A stretch of 63,255 nucleotides of DNA, filler included, from Collodictyon triciliatum (taxonomy: Eukaryota): assembly GCA_043381765.1 (NCBI GenBank). It is 4 parts of 4 records of this genome, joined end to end, with 100 filler letters (N's around TTAATTAATTAA, not from the genome) between each part and the next. Parts side by side here need not be neighbours in the genome. Positions count along the whole stretch, not along the records: positions 25,749 to 53,054 come from JBHJMP010000421.1; 3 more parts are not named here. One strand, written 5' to 3'. Positions 25,693 to 39,661 of the stretch are shown piece by piece (the stretch's first letter is position 1; each line of letters opens with the position of its first letter). Below the pieces are notes generated by a model, which ran no database searches, was not told the DNA's origin, and saw only the letters and a list, made by a program, of their open reading frames with translations. The position numbers and the translations under genes are program-made.

Positions 25693-25704
25693 TTAATTAA
25701 TTAA
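25693..25704. other. Artificial TTAATTAATTAA linker embedded in N gap (also at 53099-53110 and 58110-58121)
   Basis: An identical 12-mer centred in three 100-N gaps; it places stop codons in all six frames. Confidence 0.9.
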
Positions 25705-26469
25705 NNNNNNNNNNNNNNNNNNNNNNNNNNNNNNNNNNNNNNNNNNNNTTTTTGTTTTTTGTTTTTTTGTTTATTTGTTTAACCTGTCATGCTTTAAAAA
25801 GAATCAATAGACAGCCAGCTCCGGAGCGCTTCCAAGCAAACAACCACAGACAGAAACACCCAAAGCAGCGCCCACCCCAAACAAACCAGCGCGCATCCTC
25901 ACCGGAAACAGAGTCTCGGCAAAGTGCACGATGATCGACGCGTTCATGATTGCGGGTTTGGACGTCGCCCTGCCTCTGTGCTTCTTTTCGCACGGCTTCA
26001 CCGCAGACTGGAACGGAATGATGCGAAAGAAGCGCGAGCAGTTTATCCTTGCGCGGCTTTCCATGGACTGGTCCTTCCGCGCCTCGTGTGCGCCGGCCTC
26101 TGACCCTCGAAAGCAGGGTGGCCTTGTCCCCGCTGCCGAACCACGGTTCATGCCCTGCCTCGCAAACCCTTGTCTTATCTCTATTCTCTCTATATCTTTT
26201 CTTCATCTCCCTTTTTCTCATATCGTTCCATTCCACTTTGTTTCATTTTGTTTCATTCATCTGACTGATGTTGGGACAACAGACAGCCCAACAGCAGCTT
26301 CGAAGAAGGCGTCACAGAGCTCCAATCACCGCTGTTTTCGGCAAACACACATGCGTACTGGCGAGCACAGCACGGGTTCTTTCAATTCACTTTGTTGTAT
26401 TCATCATGATGGTTTGAATGCTGTGTGGTACACTCACTTTCGTATGGTGCGTGTGTTTGGGACTCTTAT

Positions 26470-27160
26470 CGGGCGATTGACTCAGTCGTATAACAGGACC
26501 GCCTTGATTGTAATCACAGCACAGGAGGAAAACGTCCTTCTTGTGTCGCAGTTTCTCAAAGCAATGAGCATCTCCCTCAACGAAACGTTCAAGACAAACG
26601 TCTTTTTTTCTCCGCTGGAGGTTTTTTTTTCTTTCATCCCTTTCTATCTATTTTTCCTCCCTTTCTTCCTTAATCAGCATTCCATTTGGCTTCGTCAACG
26701 GCCAAGAAATGCAGCAGCGACTCTCTTTGTGCTCTCTTCCTTTGCTTTGCCTTTGCGCTTTTGTCCCGTGTTTCTAGTTCTGACCAATACTTGGGCGATT
26801 GAATCTCCTGCTATGTATGAGCCTAACTGATGGACTGTGTTTGTGATGTGATTGGGCAGATGACAACACGCGCAGACGAAGTCCTCGCCAACCTGACGCA
26901 GCTTCTTCCGCACGGACATCTGCTCTTCATCAACAACGCATTCCTTCGCCAACTGCGCAGAAACGCCGATGCCGCACTCGGTTGAGACGCAGACTCACTC
27001 CAGAAACACCGGACACGACACCGCCTCCTTGTGTATTTCGGTGGATTCTCAGATGTTTTCACGGCACTTTCGTTTTTCCTCTTTCTTTCTCTGTTTTTTC
27101 TTCTTCTCAGTTCGTCCCTGTCCTTCTCCGGCGGTTCGTTGTCGTCGTCAGCGTGATGGG
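26470..27160 (-). pseudogene. Possible decayed RING-finger-containing sequence (two RING-like remnants)
   Basis: Across frameshifts: SCPVFLE..C.H.FC..KSRCP.C (~27030-26905) and VCLERFVEGD..LRNC..F..C (~26600-26470). Needs several indels to reconstruct. Confidence 0.25.
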
Positions 27161-27395
27161 AGGAACAAGCATATGGGACGCTTTTCATTTCTCCACAGAA
27201 GAAATATACAGGAGGAAAGAGAAATAAAGATACGCAGCGAAGGGAATGAAGAGACGAGGACACGGCGAACGAGCCTCTTTCTTTCTTTCGTCCTCTTGTT
27301 TCTATCGTCTTGTTTCAGAAGAAACCTGGACGAGCGGCTTCTGCACAGTTTAATCAAGGGTGAAAGAGGGAGTGAGAGAGAGCGACTCGTTCAGC

Positions 27396-27551
27396 TTATT
27401 TCGCGTGGGGCGGATTTGGGTCTTTGATCAACTTCGAGTTGAACTCGGAGAAGTGGATTGGGCGGCGGTGTCGCTTCAGCAGAGCTGTGAAGAGGATTTC
27501 GTCCAGCACGGTCGGCTCCACACCAAGGTCGTTGATGGTCAGGGCGTTTTC

Positions 27552-27595
<44 letters not shown>

Positions 27596-29965
27596 CTGGC
27601 GAATCTTTGATGTGTATCACTCCATTACCACCAACAAGAAGGTCCTGACGATCAACGACAACTCCGTCGCGGGTCATGTAAGGGAACGGGAACTTTTCGA
27701 GGACTCCAGCCACGGCACTGAAGTGATTGCGATTGCGATTGCGGTTAGGAATGATGTTGATATTTACTTAGAATGCAGCAGAGAACGAGACCATGGTATG
27801 TGTAATAATGCTTAAAATAAAATCGTTAGGATTCAATATTGCAAAGATATGAGAGGTAACGCAAACACCCAGGTAATACAGCGGGAAAGTTACAGTAATC
27901 GGTATATAGTTTCATCAAGGTATGAGACGGAGTTGAGGTCTGCATATGTGTATGCATTTGTAGGCGATTTGATTGATTCACTACTCAATGATAGGAGCGG
28001 GCATATTGACAAGGTTGCGGCGAAGACCAGTCATGGCATAGACAATATCGACAAGTTCCTTGATGGTGTATGTTGCGGGTCCTCCGAGTTCGTAGGTGTT
28101 TCCAGTTGTGTTTGGGTTGCGGAGGGCGGCGACGGCAGCAGCAGCAACATCGACCACCTGTGCAAACGTTATTCAAAGAAGAAAAAAAAAGGGAAAAAAA
28201 GGGGAAAAAAGGGAAAAAAGGAAAAAGAGGGGAAAAAAGGGAAAGGGAAAGGGAAAAAGGAAAATCCAAACAAACATAGATTGGCTGGCGAGCGGCAGCG
28301 CCTTCGTTGTGGAAAGGAACTATGGGGATTGTGCGGGCGAGGAATCCGAAGCGGTTGAGGAAGCGGTCTTCAAATCCAAGCATGAGTGATGGGCGAAGGA
28401 TGGTTGCCTGAGGAAATGCATCTCGCACGGCATTTTCACCCTCGGCCTGAAGTTTGTAATTTGTTGATATTGTGGCAAAAATAAATAATTAATTATATGA
28501 AAAAGTCAGGCTAATATCGGTTGTGGATAGAGGAGAGGCGAACCTTTGTGCGCAGCTGGGCGGATGGTGAGTTAATGTCAGCTCCGAGCATGGAGACATG
28601 AATGAGGCGCTCGACTCCAATTTCAGTGGAAATCTGAGTTGTTTTTTAAATAAATGTGTTCAGTTAATTTACTCATGAATTTGAGATTATGAGTCAGATT
28701 TATACTGATGCGTTTGGAAGCAAACGTGGATTAGATAAGCGATTTGGGAGAAGTGGAAAAATGCGGACCCTTAAGATATAGATAAGTAAACATGGCGCTA
28801 ACCTGGGCGATTTCGCGGGCAATTTTGACGTTGACATCGTCCAGGGTGTAGTTTTTTGTTTCGTATTCGCGACCAATGAGATTGATGACGCAGTTTGCGT
28901 TGCGCATGACCTTAAGGTCATATGAACGAGAGTGAATGATACAAAAAAAACACTAATTTGAACATTGCTTTTGGTTAAAAGTATTGTTGATTTCAACCAT
29001 TGTAATTGATTACTGCATGCCTAGGAAATATGACACATATTGGATAGAAATGATGTCTTCTTTGTTTATGAAGAATGTATATTAGGTGAACATATTTGTA
29101 GAGAGGTGGTTATAGAGAAAGAACGAAAGGAAATAGATACGAGTGAGACAATACAAAAAAAAAAACGAAAAAAACATACATCACGAATAGACTCTTTGTC
29201 CTTGGGATCAAACTCGAGCGGCACAATCTGACCCAAATCGCCCATGATTTTCAAGTGGCGAGTCTCATGAGGATCACCGCGGTAAGGAACGATGACCTGA
29301 CAACCGGAGGGTAATAAAAAAAGAAAGGAAAAGTGATTAAGCAAGCAAGCGAACAGCCAAACAAGCAATCCAGACTTCGACACATACAAGACACGTTCCA
29401 TTTCAAAACAAAGTTTAAGTAGCATTCAATAGTTACTTAATGACTTTTTTTCTCATGATTTTACGATACTGCAGCACTTGTTATTTAAAATTTAATAATA
29501 ATAATAATCATAATAATAATAAGAGGGTATAGAAGACAAGACATCGAGAAAAAAAGGATTATTGCAGGTTGCTCTAACCTGAGAGCCGATCTTGCCGAGT
29601 CGATTCACCACATAGCGCCCGAGAAAGCCTGTGGCTCCGAAAACGGCGCAGACAATGCCGCTGACGGAAGAGCGGCCGCCGGTGCCGTAGCGTTCGTGGA
29701 ATCCGCGCACAGGGACGAAGTGGCGGGCGGCAATTGTGTGGTTGACTCCTGCACAAGTGAATCAGCGCGAGTGAATCAGCGTTTAGTCCATCGGTCTCTG
29801 CGAGTGCCTTTGAGGAGGATTGCAGGAAGGCGCAGTGATCAAGAGAAAAGCGGGAAGGAAAGGGCGCAAAGGCGGTTTGTCGGGGTGGAAGAAAAGCGGA
29901 CGGAGATTTGGCTACTCGGGATGCAGACCTTGGAGGGCTTTTGTGAGCGGCTGGACCGACTGCAT
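27396..29965 (-). CDS. NDUFA9: NADH dehydrogenase (ubiquinone) 1 alpha subcomplex subunit 9 (39 kDa SDR subunit)
   Basis: [44 protein letters not shown]...[25 protein letters not shown]...G.EDRFLN, QPIY|V.DVA. Putative ATG at 29965 in a short first exon. Confidence 0.95.
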
Positions 29966-30320
29966 TCTTTCGCGAGAGTGGAAAACCTGCGTTTTTTTTT
30001 TCTTTTAGTTGTCTCTGTGTTGGTGTTTTTGTTTTGTTTATGTTTTGTTTATGTTCTGCTTTGGTTTTTGGCGATTCTGATTGGGGTGATTAGAACTGAT
30101 CAAGCGGATTCACGCTTTCAATGTGGTGTCCAAATAATCTCGATTTAAGAAACTCCGTTTGTCCATATTTGGTATCAGCACGAATAAATTTATTCATACC
30201 TAAAAAGAGGGACAAGGGCTGTAAGTCAGAACTTGTATTTTGGTTCTAAATCACTATTTTTATCCTTTTTTTTTAACTCTCAAATAGGAGTGCCGCTGTG
30301 CTTACATTTCTTTTCTTCCT

Positions 30321-32655
30321 TCACTGTTGCACCTCTTTTGCGGCCCTTTTTTCAGAATCAAGTGCCTGGAACAACTCTCTGGGTGAGAGAAACTTGGAGC
30401 GCACTTTGCCCGTGGCCGCGCCCATCCGGGTCTCCAGGTTGTCGATAATCTGCCAGTCGCGGTAAGTAATCACACGATGCCCGCGCTCTGTGAGGAAACG
30501 AAGGATGTCATTCTGAGCTGAATTAGGCATTGGGGGGTCTTCAAGGAGTCCGTCGTTCCAATCCTGCAACAACGCACGGACCGTTTCTTGAGCATCCCAT
30601 CGATTTGTGCCGATGATTCCAGAAGGCCCGCGTTTGGCCCAGCCGCAGACATACACGTTCTTTGCAACTGGTTCTTGAATGGTGGTGTTGAAAACCACAC
30701 GACCTCCGTTGTTTGCTATTGTTCCCTTCTTTTCGTCAAGCGGGACACCCTGTTTCAAGCCCATGAATAATTACAAAACGCGAGTCTCTCCACAATAAAT
30801 AATTGATGGGAAACACAATATAAGGTATATGATAAGACCCGCTTGAAAAGGAGATTCATTTATACAACTCAACATATCGGACTGGAACGCTTGAATAGAG
30901 GGTACATTAAATATGATTTCAGCAGGGAAACACAAAATTGTTGTATTAATCAGGACACAGACAAACCGGTATTTTGGCGCATTTGTAGCCGATGCTTTGC
31001 ACAATCATTTCGCAGGCGATATCCTTTGTGATACCGGTTGAAACAGCGCGCGGATTTGCTATGTCACCCTCCAGTTTTGTCCTCTCCACCACTAGCGAGT
31101 TGATAACTGATGCCTTCTCATTTCGCCCCATGCGAATCCCAAGCGGGCTGGCATAAAAGTGCAGATGCACATACCGCACATCGGCGTTGGCTTCGGCCAG
31201 GAAAAGCTGGCGTTGTTTTGCGATTGACTGCAGAAGCTCGTATTGGCGGCGGCGAGGTCGGTCGGTCTTCAAGAGGGCTTCGGAGGCTGAATCAAGAACC
31301 TGCATAGGATTTGGACAAGTTTACCATCAAACATAATATTATGGATTACAAACATTCTTTTCGAAACAGTTGGGGCTGATTGTATGAACGAATGAGACAA
31401 AATCAATATTCAGACAGATAAAAGTGAAGAAGCATCACGTGAGAATTCGAATCTGCAAAGAGAGGTAGATATTGTACGAAATCCCTTTTTTTCTTTTTCT
31501 TTTTCTTTTTGAGGAAGCGACTAGTTCAGATCTACTTAGAATGTGTAGATGATGCAAAAACCACGGAGGACCCCACCATCCACAATTTATACTCACCAAG
31601 TCATTCGAATCCACCAACAGCCGCACTGATGGAATCGAAGCCAACTCCCGCAACTCTGCAATCGTGTATGCCGCCTGCAAAGGCCCGCGTCTGGCCACCA
31701 AATGAACATGCTTCACTGCACGACAGCGCAGAAACTCAAGTGCCACCGGCGATATGTCAGTGCCCGCCAAATCCTCGACAGGGCGCGTCATGATTCGAGC
31801 CACGTCCAGGGCCACATTGCCAACTCCCACAATGGCCACGGAGCCGACGCCCCTCCACCAAGCAACATTCTCATCTGCAACACGAAAGCTTGCATCAAAC
31901 GAACCCATCAGCGCTGCGTAATCCGGATGCCCGTTGACGAACGCGACCCATTCACGAGCGGATAGAATGCGAGGAAAGAGTGATGATGATGGTGATGACG
32001 GTGATGATGATGACGGTGATGATGATGATGGTGATGATGACGGTGATGATGATGACGGTGATGATGATGATGGTGATGATGGTGATGATGGTGATGATGG
32101 TGATGATGGTGATGATAGTGATGATGATGATGGTGATGATGATGATGGTGATGATGATGGTGATGATGATGGTGATAGTGATGATGACGTTTCAGAGATG
32201 ACAGGCAACTCCATGGACCGATCAGCATCCGCCCCAGAAGCCAGGATCACTGCGTGGTATCGCCTGCACAGCTCAGCGAGTGTGACATCGGCCCCGAGTG
32301 AGACATTCCCCAGGAAGCGCACCTTCTCGTGGGAAAGGACACGCGTGAAACGCTGCTCGGCCTGCTTCACTTCGGGATGGTCGGGCGCAACGCCGTAGCG
32401 AACGAGTCCAAAAGGCGTCGGGAGCTTCTCAAACAGATCAAGTGTGCAGCGCGTGGTTGCGCCCAGCAGCGAATCGGCTGCGTAGAGACCGGACGGCCCG
32501 CTTCCGACTATGGCCACGCGCAGCAGTCGCGGATTCGAGTCGGCCGCAGAGGCGGAGAAAGCGTTTGCCTCTGCTGTGCTTTGCGGGCGGACAGTTGGAA
32601 AGACGCGGCTCTTTGGCCGTCGCAGATGCCCATGCAGAAGCGAGAGGAGTCGCAT
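30321..32655 (-). CDS. FDXR: NADPH:adrenodoxin oxidoreductase, mitochondrial (ferredoxin reductase), with Ser/Pro insertion
   Basis: Arg-rich presequence, VAIVGSGPSG, PTPFGLVRYGVAPDHPEVK, GVGNVALDVAR, RRGPLQAAYTIAELREL, SIGYK, GWAKRGPSGIIGTN, KVRSKF. Confidence 0.96.
31981..32187. repeat. (GAT/GGT)n compound trinucleotide repeat inside the FDXR reading frame
   Basis: Encodes ~69 Ser/Pro residues on the minus strand. Confidence 0.95.
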
Positions 32656-32799
32656 GAAGACGGCGTTCTATGTCTTTGTGTGTCTTTGTGTCTTTGTGTC
32701 TTTGTGTCTTTGTGTCTTTGTGTCTTTGTGTCTTTGTGTCTTTGTGTGTCTTTGTGTCTTTGTGTCTTTATGGTTTCTGAGCTGTTCAAGGTGTTTGGT

Positions 32800-35700
32800 C
32801 TACGCTTCGCCCGACGACTCAAGGCGGCTCCAGAGGCTGCCGTGGGAAGACACTTTGTTCCAGAAGTCTTTGAAGCGCCATTTGAAGTCGGTGCGGAGGG
32901 AGTAGAGGAGGAAAAGACAGGGAGCAGCCTGTTTGGCTTGATGTGTGAGTATGCGTTGGCGAGAACTCATGTGCGTCTGGCAAAGGGCTTCTCAGTAAAG
33001 GGGCTTACCTCGAAGAGCAGGAACGGGATGATGGCCACCCATATGCTTTCGGTGTCGTAGATGAGGGTGAGAAGCACATACCCGGATTGAAGGAAGAAGG
33101 CCAGGCTGCATATCATCGCCACGATGCCGACCTGTGTTTTGTGGAATTGAGTCGGCAAATAGACATAGACATAGACGTAGACATAGATGTAGATGTAGAT
33201 GTAGATGTAGATGTAGATGTAGATGTAGATGTAGATGTAGATGTAGATGTAGATGTAGATGTAGATGTAGATGTAGATGTAGAAGTAGATGTAGATGTAG
33301 ATGTAGATGTAGATGTAGATGTAGATGTAGATGTAGATGTGGATGTAGATGTGGATGTAGATGTGGATGTAGATGTGGATGTAGATGTAGATATAGACGT
33401 ATCATAACCAATCCTTCTTTCTTTTTTCTCTTTTTTTATTTTAGAAAATAGTGTGAGATTTTATGTCACTTATTTTTCTTTTACCTACCTTTATTGCGAC
33501 GACTTTGCGGGGGCCCGGCTTGTCTGATGCGATGCTGAAGGAGAGCTTGTAATAAATTTTCCTTCCGTATAGCACAAACCCCAGCGATATACACAAGGAC
33601 AGCAGGGCCAAGTAAGAGTAATAGATGCACTTTAAAACAAAACTCGCTTCCTGCCGATGCAATGGAAAAAGAGAACAAAGTGAATTGGTCAATTTTAGGT
33701 AATCAATCAGGAAGTGAGATGAACCATCTGTCCTTCAATCAAGATTATATCAAAGAATTCATTATAGTCACGTATATTTGTTAAATTGAACGGAAATGGG
33801 AGGTGGAAAAGTCAGGTAATTGAATATATGAGAACATCGCCCAGCGTCGCTTCCAGTATGACGATGAAAATAAAAATGGCATAAGTGGTAGCGTTGGAAA
33901 TATAATATGGCTTCTTGAATGTGTCCGATGACAAGTCCATATTCATGGACTCTGAGGATAATTCTGCCCTAAGATTTTCAATGAAGCGTGAAGATAGGGA
34001 ACAACACAGGAGAAAATAAAATATGGCAGCTGTGTTATAACGTCAGAAGTAGGAGATGTGTTGAAAAGTTCAAATTACCACAGTATCACCAGCGTTGTAT
34101 ATGCTGAATAAAATATCATGCGGGGGGCATCATAGAGGAAAAGTTGAGTTCCAGATCCCTCGTTGATGCCGTCGTTTATAAATACTGCGAGGTAAGCGAT
34201 GCGGACTAGTATTTAAGTGTCAGAAATTATTATACGACTATTGGCTGTAGAAAAAAATCTCAGTGCAAGGACATTAAAAAAAAATAGATGCGAATTTCAT
34301 ATTATTTCAGAATGATTGATGGAGAACAGAAAAGGAGATAAAGCGTGATTATATATGTATCAAATGTATATATAAAAAGGAAATATTCCTCACATATGGA
34401 AAATAGAGCTATTTGTATGTAAACTAGTCTCTGAATTAATCTCTTTTTTGTTAAGATTGCAGCAATAGATTTGGCGACCGAGAAAATACAAACAAAGGAG
34501 AAGGTTGATATGGCCAAATAGACGGCTATGTGCTGGTGTATTTCATCCTAAAAGTCAGAGTATGAGAAAACTAAAATTCTTTTTTATTTTTACATATACC
34601 TTTACATAATAATGGCAATACTTTAAAAAGAATAGAAACACTACGTCATTCATCCAATCCCTATCAAGATACCCTGGAAATAATGTAATTCCACCAATTG
34701 ACGACATAGAAACCAACGCACAAAACGTGATATTATCGACTTTGACGTCCTCCAAAAATGGGACGAAGGAGGAATCATTGAGCCTGGAAGCATCAATCAA
34801 AAAATTAAATGGTAACAGAACGAGTAAATTAGTGCCGAATACAGAAATCCTATTAATGATCTACAAGATTTTTTCCCAATTAAAACTCGTGGTATAATTA
34901 GATGAAATAAAGGCATTGCTATCGAAAATGTGTCGTAGATTTATATGATTGAAGTGGAGATATGATGAAAATCAAAAGACCTGGCAATCATTGCAGGAAG
35001 AGGAAACTGCGAGTCACGAGAAATATCCTTTCTCCGTTCGATGCAAATGGAGACATTGTTCATGTCACCAGTGAAAGAGAACTGCATTCCATCTCCAGCA
35101 ATTTGCCCAACAGTCCGGCCATTATACTTCACTACTGCGTAAGGATGATTTGAACCCTTGAAGCGTATATGGACCATAGTTTAGTAATAGGCATGATTGT
35201 GTTGTACAATTTTTCATCGTATATATGATTCAAATTCACTCATTCACTTCCAATTCTCAAATAAGTGCACCGCATAAATGAAAAGGAAAACAAAGAAATA
35301 AAGGATAAAAAAAAAGTATAAGTAATAATATGTGACGAAAATAATAGACGCTGCTCGAAAAAATCATTACGTCGTTGGAAACTTTGGATAATTGGTCGGA
35401 ACTAAGGGAATCATCTTTCGTCTTTCGTTTGAATTGAGTTGCGGATATGAGAGTCAGAACGACATCGACACAGTTCAGTTCGATTGGCACGGAGTACTTT
35501 TGGACTTTGATTTCGACTGGACGAGACTGTCATATTGAGAAAAAAAATACGAAAGGCAGTTACATGTAGAATCTCATGGATATTTGAAAAAAAAACTATA
35601 ATTCTAAAATAAAATGAAGAGAGAAGGATTTATTTTTTTATTTTTTTTTTACTTTTATCCAATCTTCAATTCCGTGACAGAACCTCTGAGTTCCAACAAT

Positions 35701-38700
35701 TCTCTCTCGAACAGTGTCTGGATAGCATGTAGATGGACCTCCCAGAGGGTCGAAGCAGTCGCATGTAAGCATCCGGAGATTGTCAATGAGCGCTTGGAAT
35801 CTATTGATTGTGATGATGTACTCGATTTTTCTTTATCGCTCTGTTATTAAGTGAGGAATGATATAAAAACAAAAAATATAAATCCGAAACCTGCATCTAT
35901 TCTCAGACTCAAAGTATCCACTGTATCGAGTGGCAGCAGACTGCTGTGCAATGAGCTCCACTTTTGTAAAGTTTACGGTAAGCGTATAGTTGTTTTGTGA
36001 TAAAAACTGTGGCTTCAGCCATGAGGTTGGTTTCATGACTCCTCCTTTTGTCCACTGGGACTTTCTCCACAAAAGATTTGATTTGTATTCGCCCCCACAT
36101 TCATCACAATAGCTCATGTTCATGGGGTTCAGGATTGTCTGAGAATCAAACAAGTCGCATCCCTTGGAATTTTCGTAGGTGACATTGTTAGGGGAGGGAA
36201 AGGTGAAGTGCATCGAGTGAGATAATGTTAATAGCATCAGCATGAAAGTGAAAACAAAATAGGCCATTTGAACACACACGTTGGCATTCACAAAGGATAT
36301 GTAAGCATAGAAACTACGATTACTGACATGTAATGAGGCATACCTGTCCTTTCCCAATCGTACAGTCCTGTTCGGAGAGTGACTTGTGAATCCACCTGTG
36401 ATTACCCTATAAAATCATTTTGGATGAGATTCCCGCTCTCAGTCCGTTAATTACCGACGGCCATATCAAAACTGAAAATAAAAAAGTATCTATACCAAAT
36501 GAAGTATTAGAAGATGGAAAAAAATATTGTGAAGCCAACCAGCGATTCACAGTCGTCTCTTGTGTAAACTGTAGAGTTGATGCACCCCAAGGGAGAAGGG
36601 CGAAGGCCATCCATCGAACTGCAGTAAGGTTTCCCATTCTTTCCGATACTGAATTCTTTCACACAGGACCCAAAACTGAAGAATGGTTTGAACGAAGATA
36701 TTTAAACTTTTGGTTTTTTATCAAGAAAATAAAAAACACAAATTTTAAAATATATCAATTTATAAGGCTATGTCACCGATCTCGTAAATAGATATTTAGA
36801 GTATGGCCATAAGGACAAGCACCAATTCGTATTTGATGCATCTTCGTAGGCGAAAGAAACCGTCAGTCCACACGAAGGATTAGAGTTGTAAAGGACGTTA
36901 TCGATGCACTCACCACCTAAACAATTTACAATTGAAATGAAAACTGAAGCTATTGATGACTGTTGGATGTGCACCTTTTTTCTTAAAAAACAAAACAATA
37001 TTTTGACATGTTGATTGGACAATTACTTTGAGGGGACGTGCAAAATTGTTCAGGAGGGGAAACGTTTCTAGTGATAGCACATTTTAAGAAACTCTGGAGA
37101 ACAGGACAGGATGTCCCATTTGCATTTGTTATGCAATCAAAGCACTGGTCGTTGCTTAATTCCTCGCAAGACTATAAAAAAACGAAAGAAAATGCCATAT
37201 TTAAAACCAGATGGAAAGGGAATAGGCAAGGAAATCAGAGCGCATACATGAAAGAAATTTACCACGGTAATTGTATTACAAATAATCATGCTAAGATTAT
37301 GTGTTTGAATGAAGTGCCTGGTAAGTGTATCCATTCTGAAGACATTCCGTCTTGCTGAGTTGGTGTACACATTTCAAGATTTTCTTATCATAAGCAGCGC
37401 CTGAAAGGTAAAGTATATATTGGATATATTGATTAAGCGAGGAAAGAGATGCATATTTGTAAGTAAAAATAACAGAGAATAGTATTGGATGGAAGTACTT
37501 CTGGCAGTTTAGAAAGGAAAATATTGGATGCTATTGAAACTAAGCTAAGGTTGCACATGCTTTTAATATTTATATATAATTTTTGGAATTGGCGGCGGTC
37601 ATTAAAAATTCACACCTAATTTCAAACATTCACAAATGGGCTTGTCGGAGTAACATAGATCAAGGCCAATTTGACTAATGCATCTTGGAACGGACATTCC
37701 GCATGATTCATATGTGTCACACTAAGAATGAAGAGAATATGTATAAAAACATAAAAATAATGAGAAATTCGTTTTTATTCTCTTTTTCTTCTTTTTTGAT
37801 AAACTACAAATTTCATAAAAGTTAAAAAGGGAAAAGATAAAACAAGATATAAAAGCCCAAGAAACTTGTGGATTTGCTACACTCAATTCTAATGAGGAAT
37901 GAAAAGATGAAGTTTTTCCACATTGTGCTTTCAAATACAAAAATATTCAACAATCCCACTTACTCCTTTTTTTGATAACCCGAGGAATAGGTAATCCCCA
38001 ATGCTGCAAATGCCTTGACAGGTTTTTTCAGCAGAGTGTATATCATAATTCCAACTGCGCCCACCGAACCAGGTTCCGTTTGATGAAAGACAGAGTTGCT
38101 CATCAGGCGAAGGAAGGATAATAGTGCATAGCCCTGTTGCATTCATATTTTATACACACAAAAGAAAAAAAAGACATACGATATTTCCAACATATTTTTC
38201 AAAACGGAGTATTATGCGAAATGATGAATAATGGGCCAATTATTTCATGCAGCGTAGTGGATAAAGAAAAAGAAACCATCGCCTCCAGCTAGATTTTGCT
38301 CCCAGCGCTTGGGAAGGTCTCGCTTTGTAGAAATCGAAGCACAATCGTAGTCCTGCATCAACTCTGCACACTTTTGATAATCAACATCCTTCAGATAACA
38401 TATCGGTTGGTCACAGCTCATCGTAATCAGATAATTCCGCTGCAGGAATGGTTATTAGAAAAATAAAATTCACCGTCAACTGTACTGTGGAAATATTTGG
38501 ATAGTTTAGAGACTGGATGTGTGCTTTCATACTCATGCCAAAAATGATATTGAGGTGACTATACAGAATATTTGGGGCAGATAGACTTTGGAAGGCACTC
38601 GTCAATGGTGGTTATGTTTTTGAATATGCATGAGTACGGATCCATCGAAAAGTCATAAAATCCACCAAACTCTTCGCAAGCTTCCGGATTGGATGCTTCT

Positions 38701-39623
38701 TGTATCGTGAAGCACGACTTTGGGCGACTTAGCTGTGAGGCAGATCGGTCATCGCGATACGAACATGAATTAAAGTATAAAGACGTTTGCTTTTGGTCAT
38801 AAAGGGAAGCGCTTAAATGGTTCACGATTTTGTAACAATGTAATTTTCAGCTGCTGCTTTTTTATCCTTACTTCAATCATAATTTATTGACTTACATAAG
38901 TGCAGCTCGGGCCATTACAAATCCCGCAAAAATTGCGACCTTCAAGCCCATTCATACATTCTTCTTCATCGAGTAGGCGATTCCAGTTGCAGGATTTTAA
39001 TGATAGGCATGTTTCTTCATCAACAGGTATGTACTAAGAGGGTAGAATAGGACACCTTCAATTTTCCACTGTTGGTTTCAATATGAAAAAGAACCCTCTT
39101 TGGGACAAACTTTCGATTTTACTTTTGGCCGTTTCGAGACGCAGAATGATTACACGGCTATAGATAGAACATGTGAACCTTTCCATTCTCGAATGTCAGA
39201 AACGACGACGACAGTCCAACGCAGTTCACGTCGGATAGCTTTTCGATTAGGGTCGATTGAAATGCTTCGTCAGAGTCTGATGCAGACAAGCCCCAAAATA
39301 ATCGCATGGTGACTTCTATGGACGGATCCATCTTTTCGTTGTAGCACTGCGCCACATGAGAGTAATTTAAAAAATACAACAAAGGTAATAACATGACGAA
39401 ATGATAGAACGATTGAACTTTTGATTCGACATAAACAATATTGAATTTTTTTCTTGAAAATAGTAGAGCATATAGAGAAAAATGGATCGATAATTACCCT
39501 CGCAAATGTTTCGTCCCAATGAAACCAAGGAGTCATGCAATATCCCTGGATGAGCGCGAATATATTTTGCACGTGATGTAATGTTGCTGCTTGTGATAAG
39601 AACAAAAACTACTCATATATTTA

Positions 39624-39661
<38 letters not shown>

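Noticed and set aside
25693-25704. TTAATTAATTAA palindrome as a biological site (e.g. piggyBac TTAA target)
   Set aside because: Always embedded centrally in N runs; an assembly linker.
25931-26830. 299-aa plus-strand ORF
   Set aside because: No motif, crosses pyrimidine-rich low-complexity tracts, and the opposite strand carries the more protein-like remnants.
31908-32398. Poly-His (minus) and poly-Asp/Gly (plus) ORFs
   Set aside because: Alternative frames of the repeat inside FDXR.
27396-32655. NDUFA9 and FDXR adjacency as a mitochondrial gene cluster
   Set aside because: Two neighbours in a compact genome are compatible with chance; no shared regulatory signal seen.
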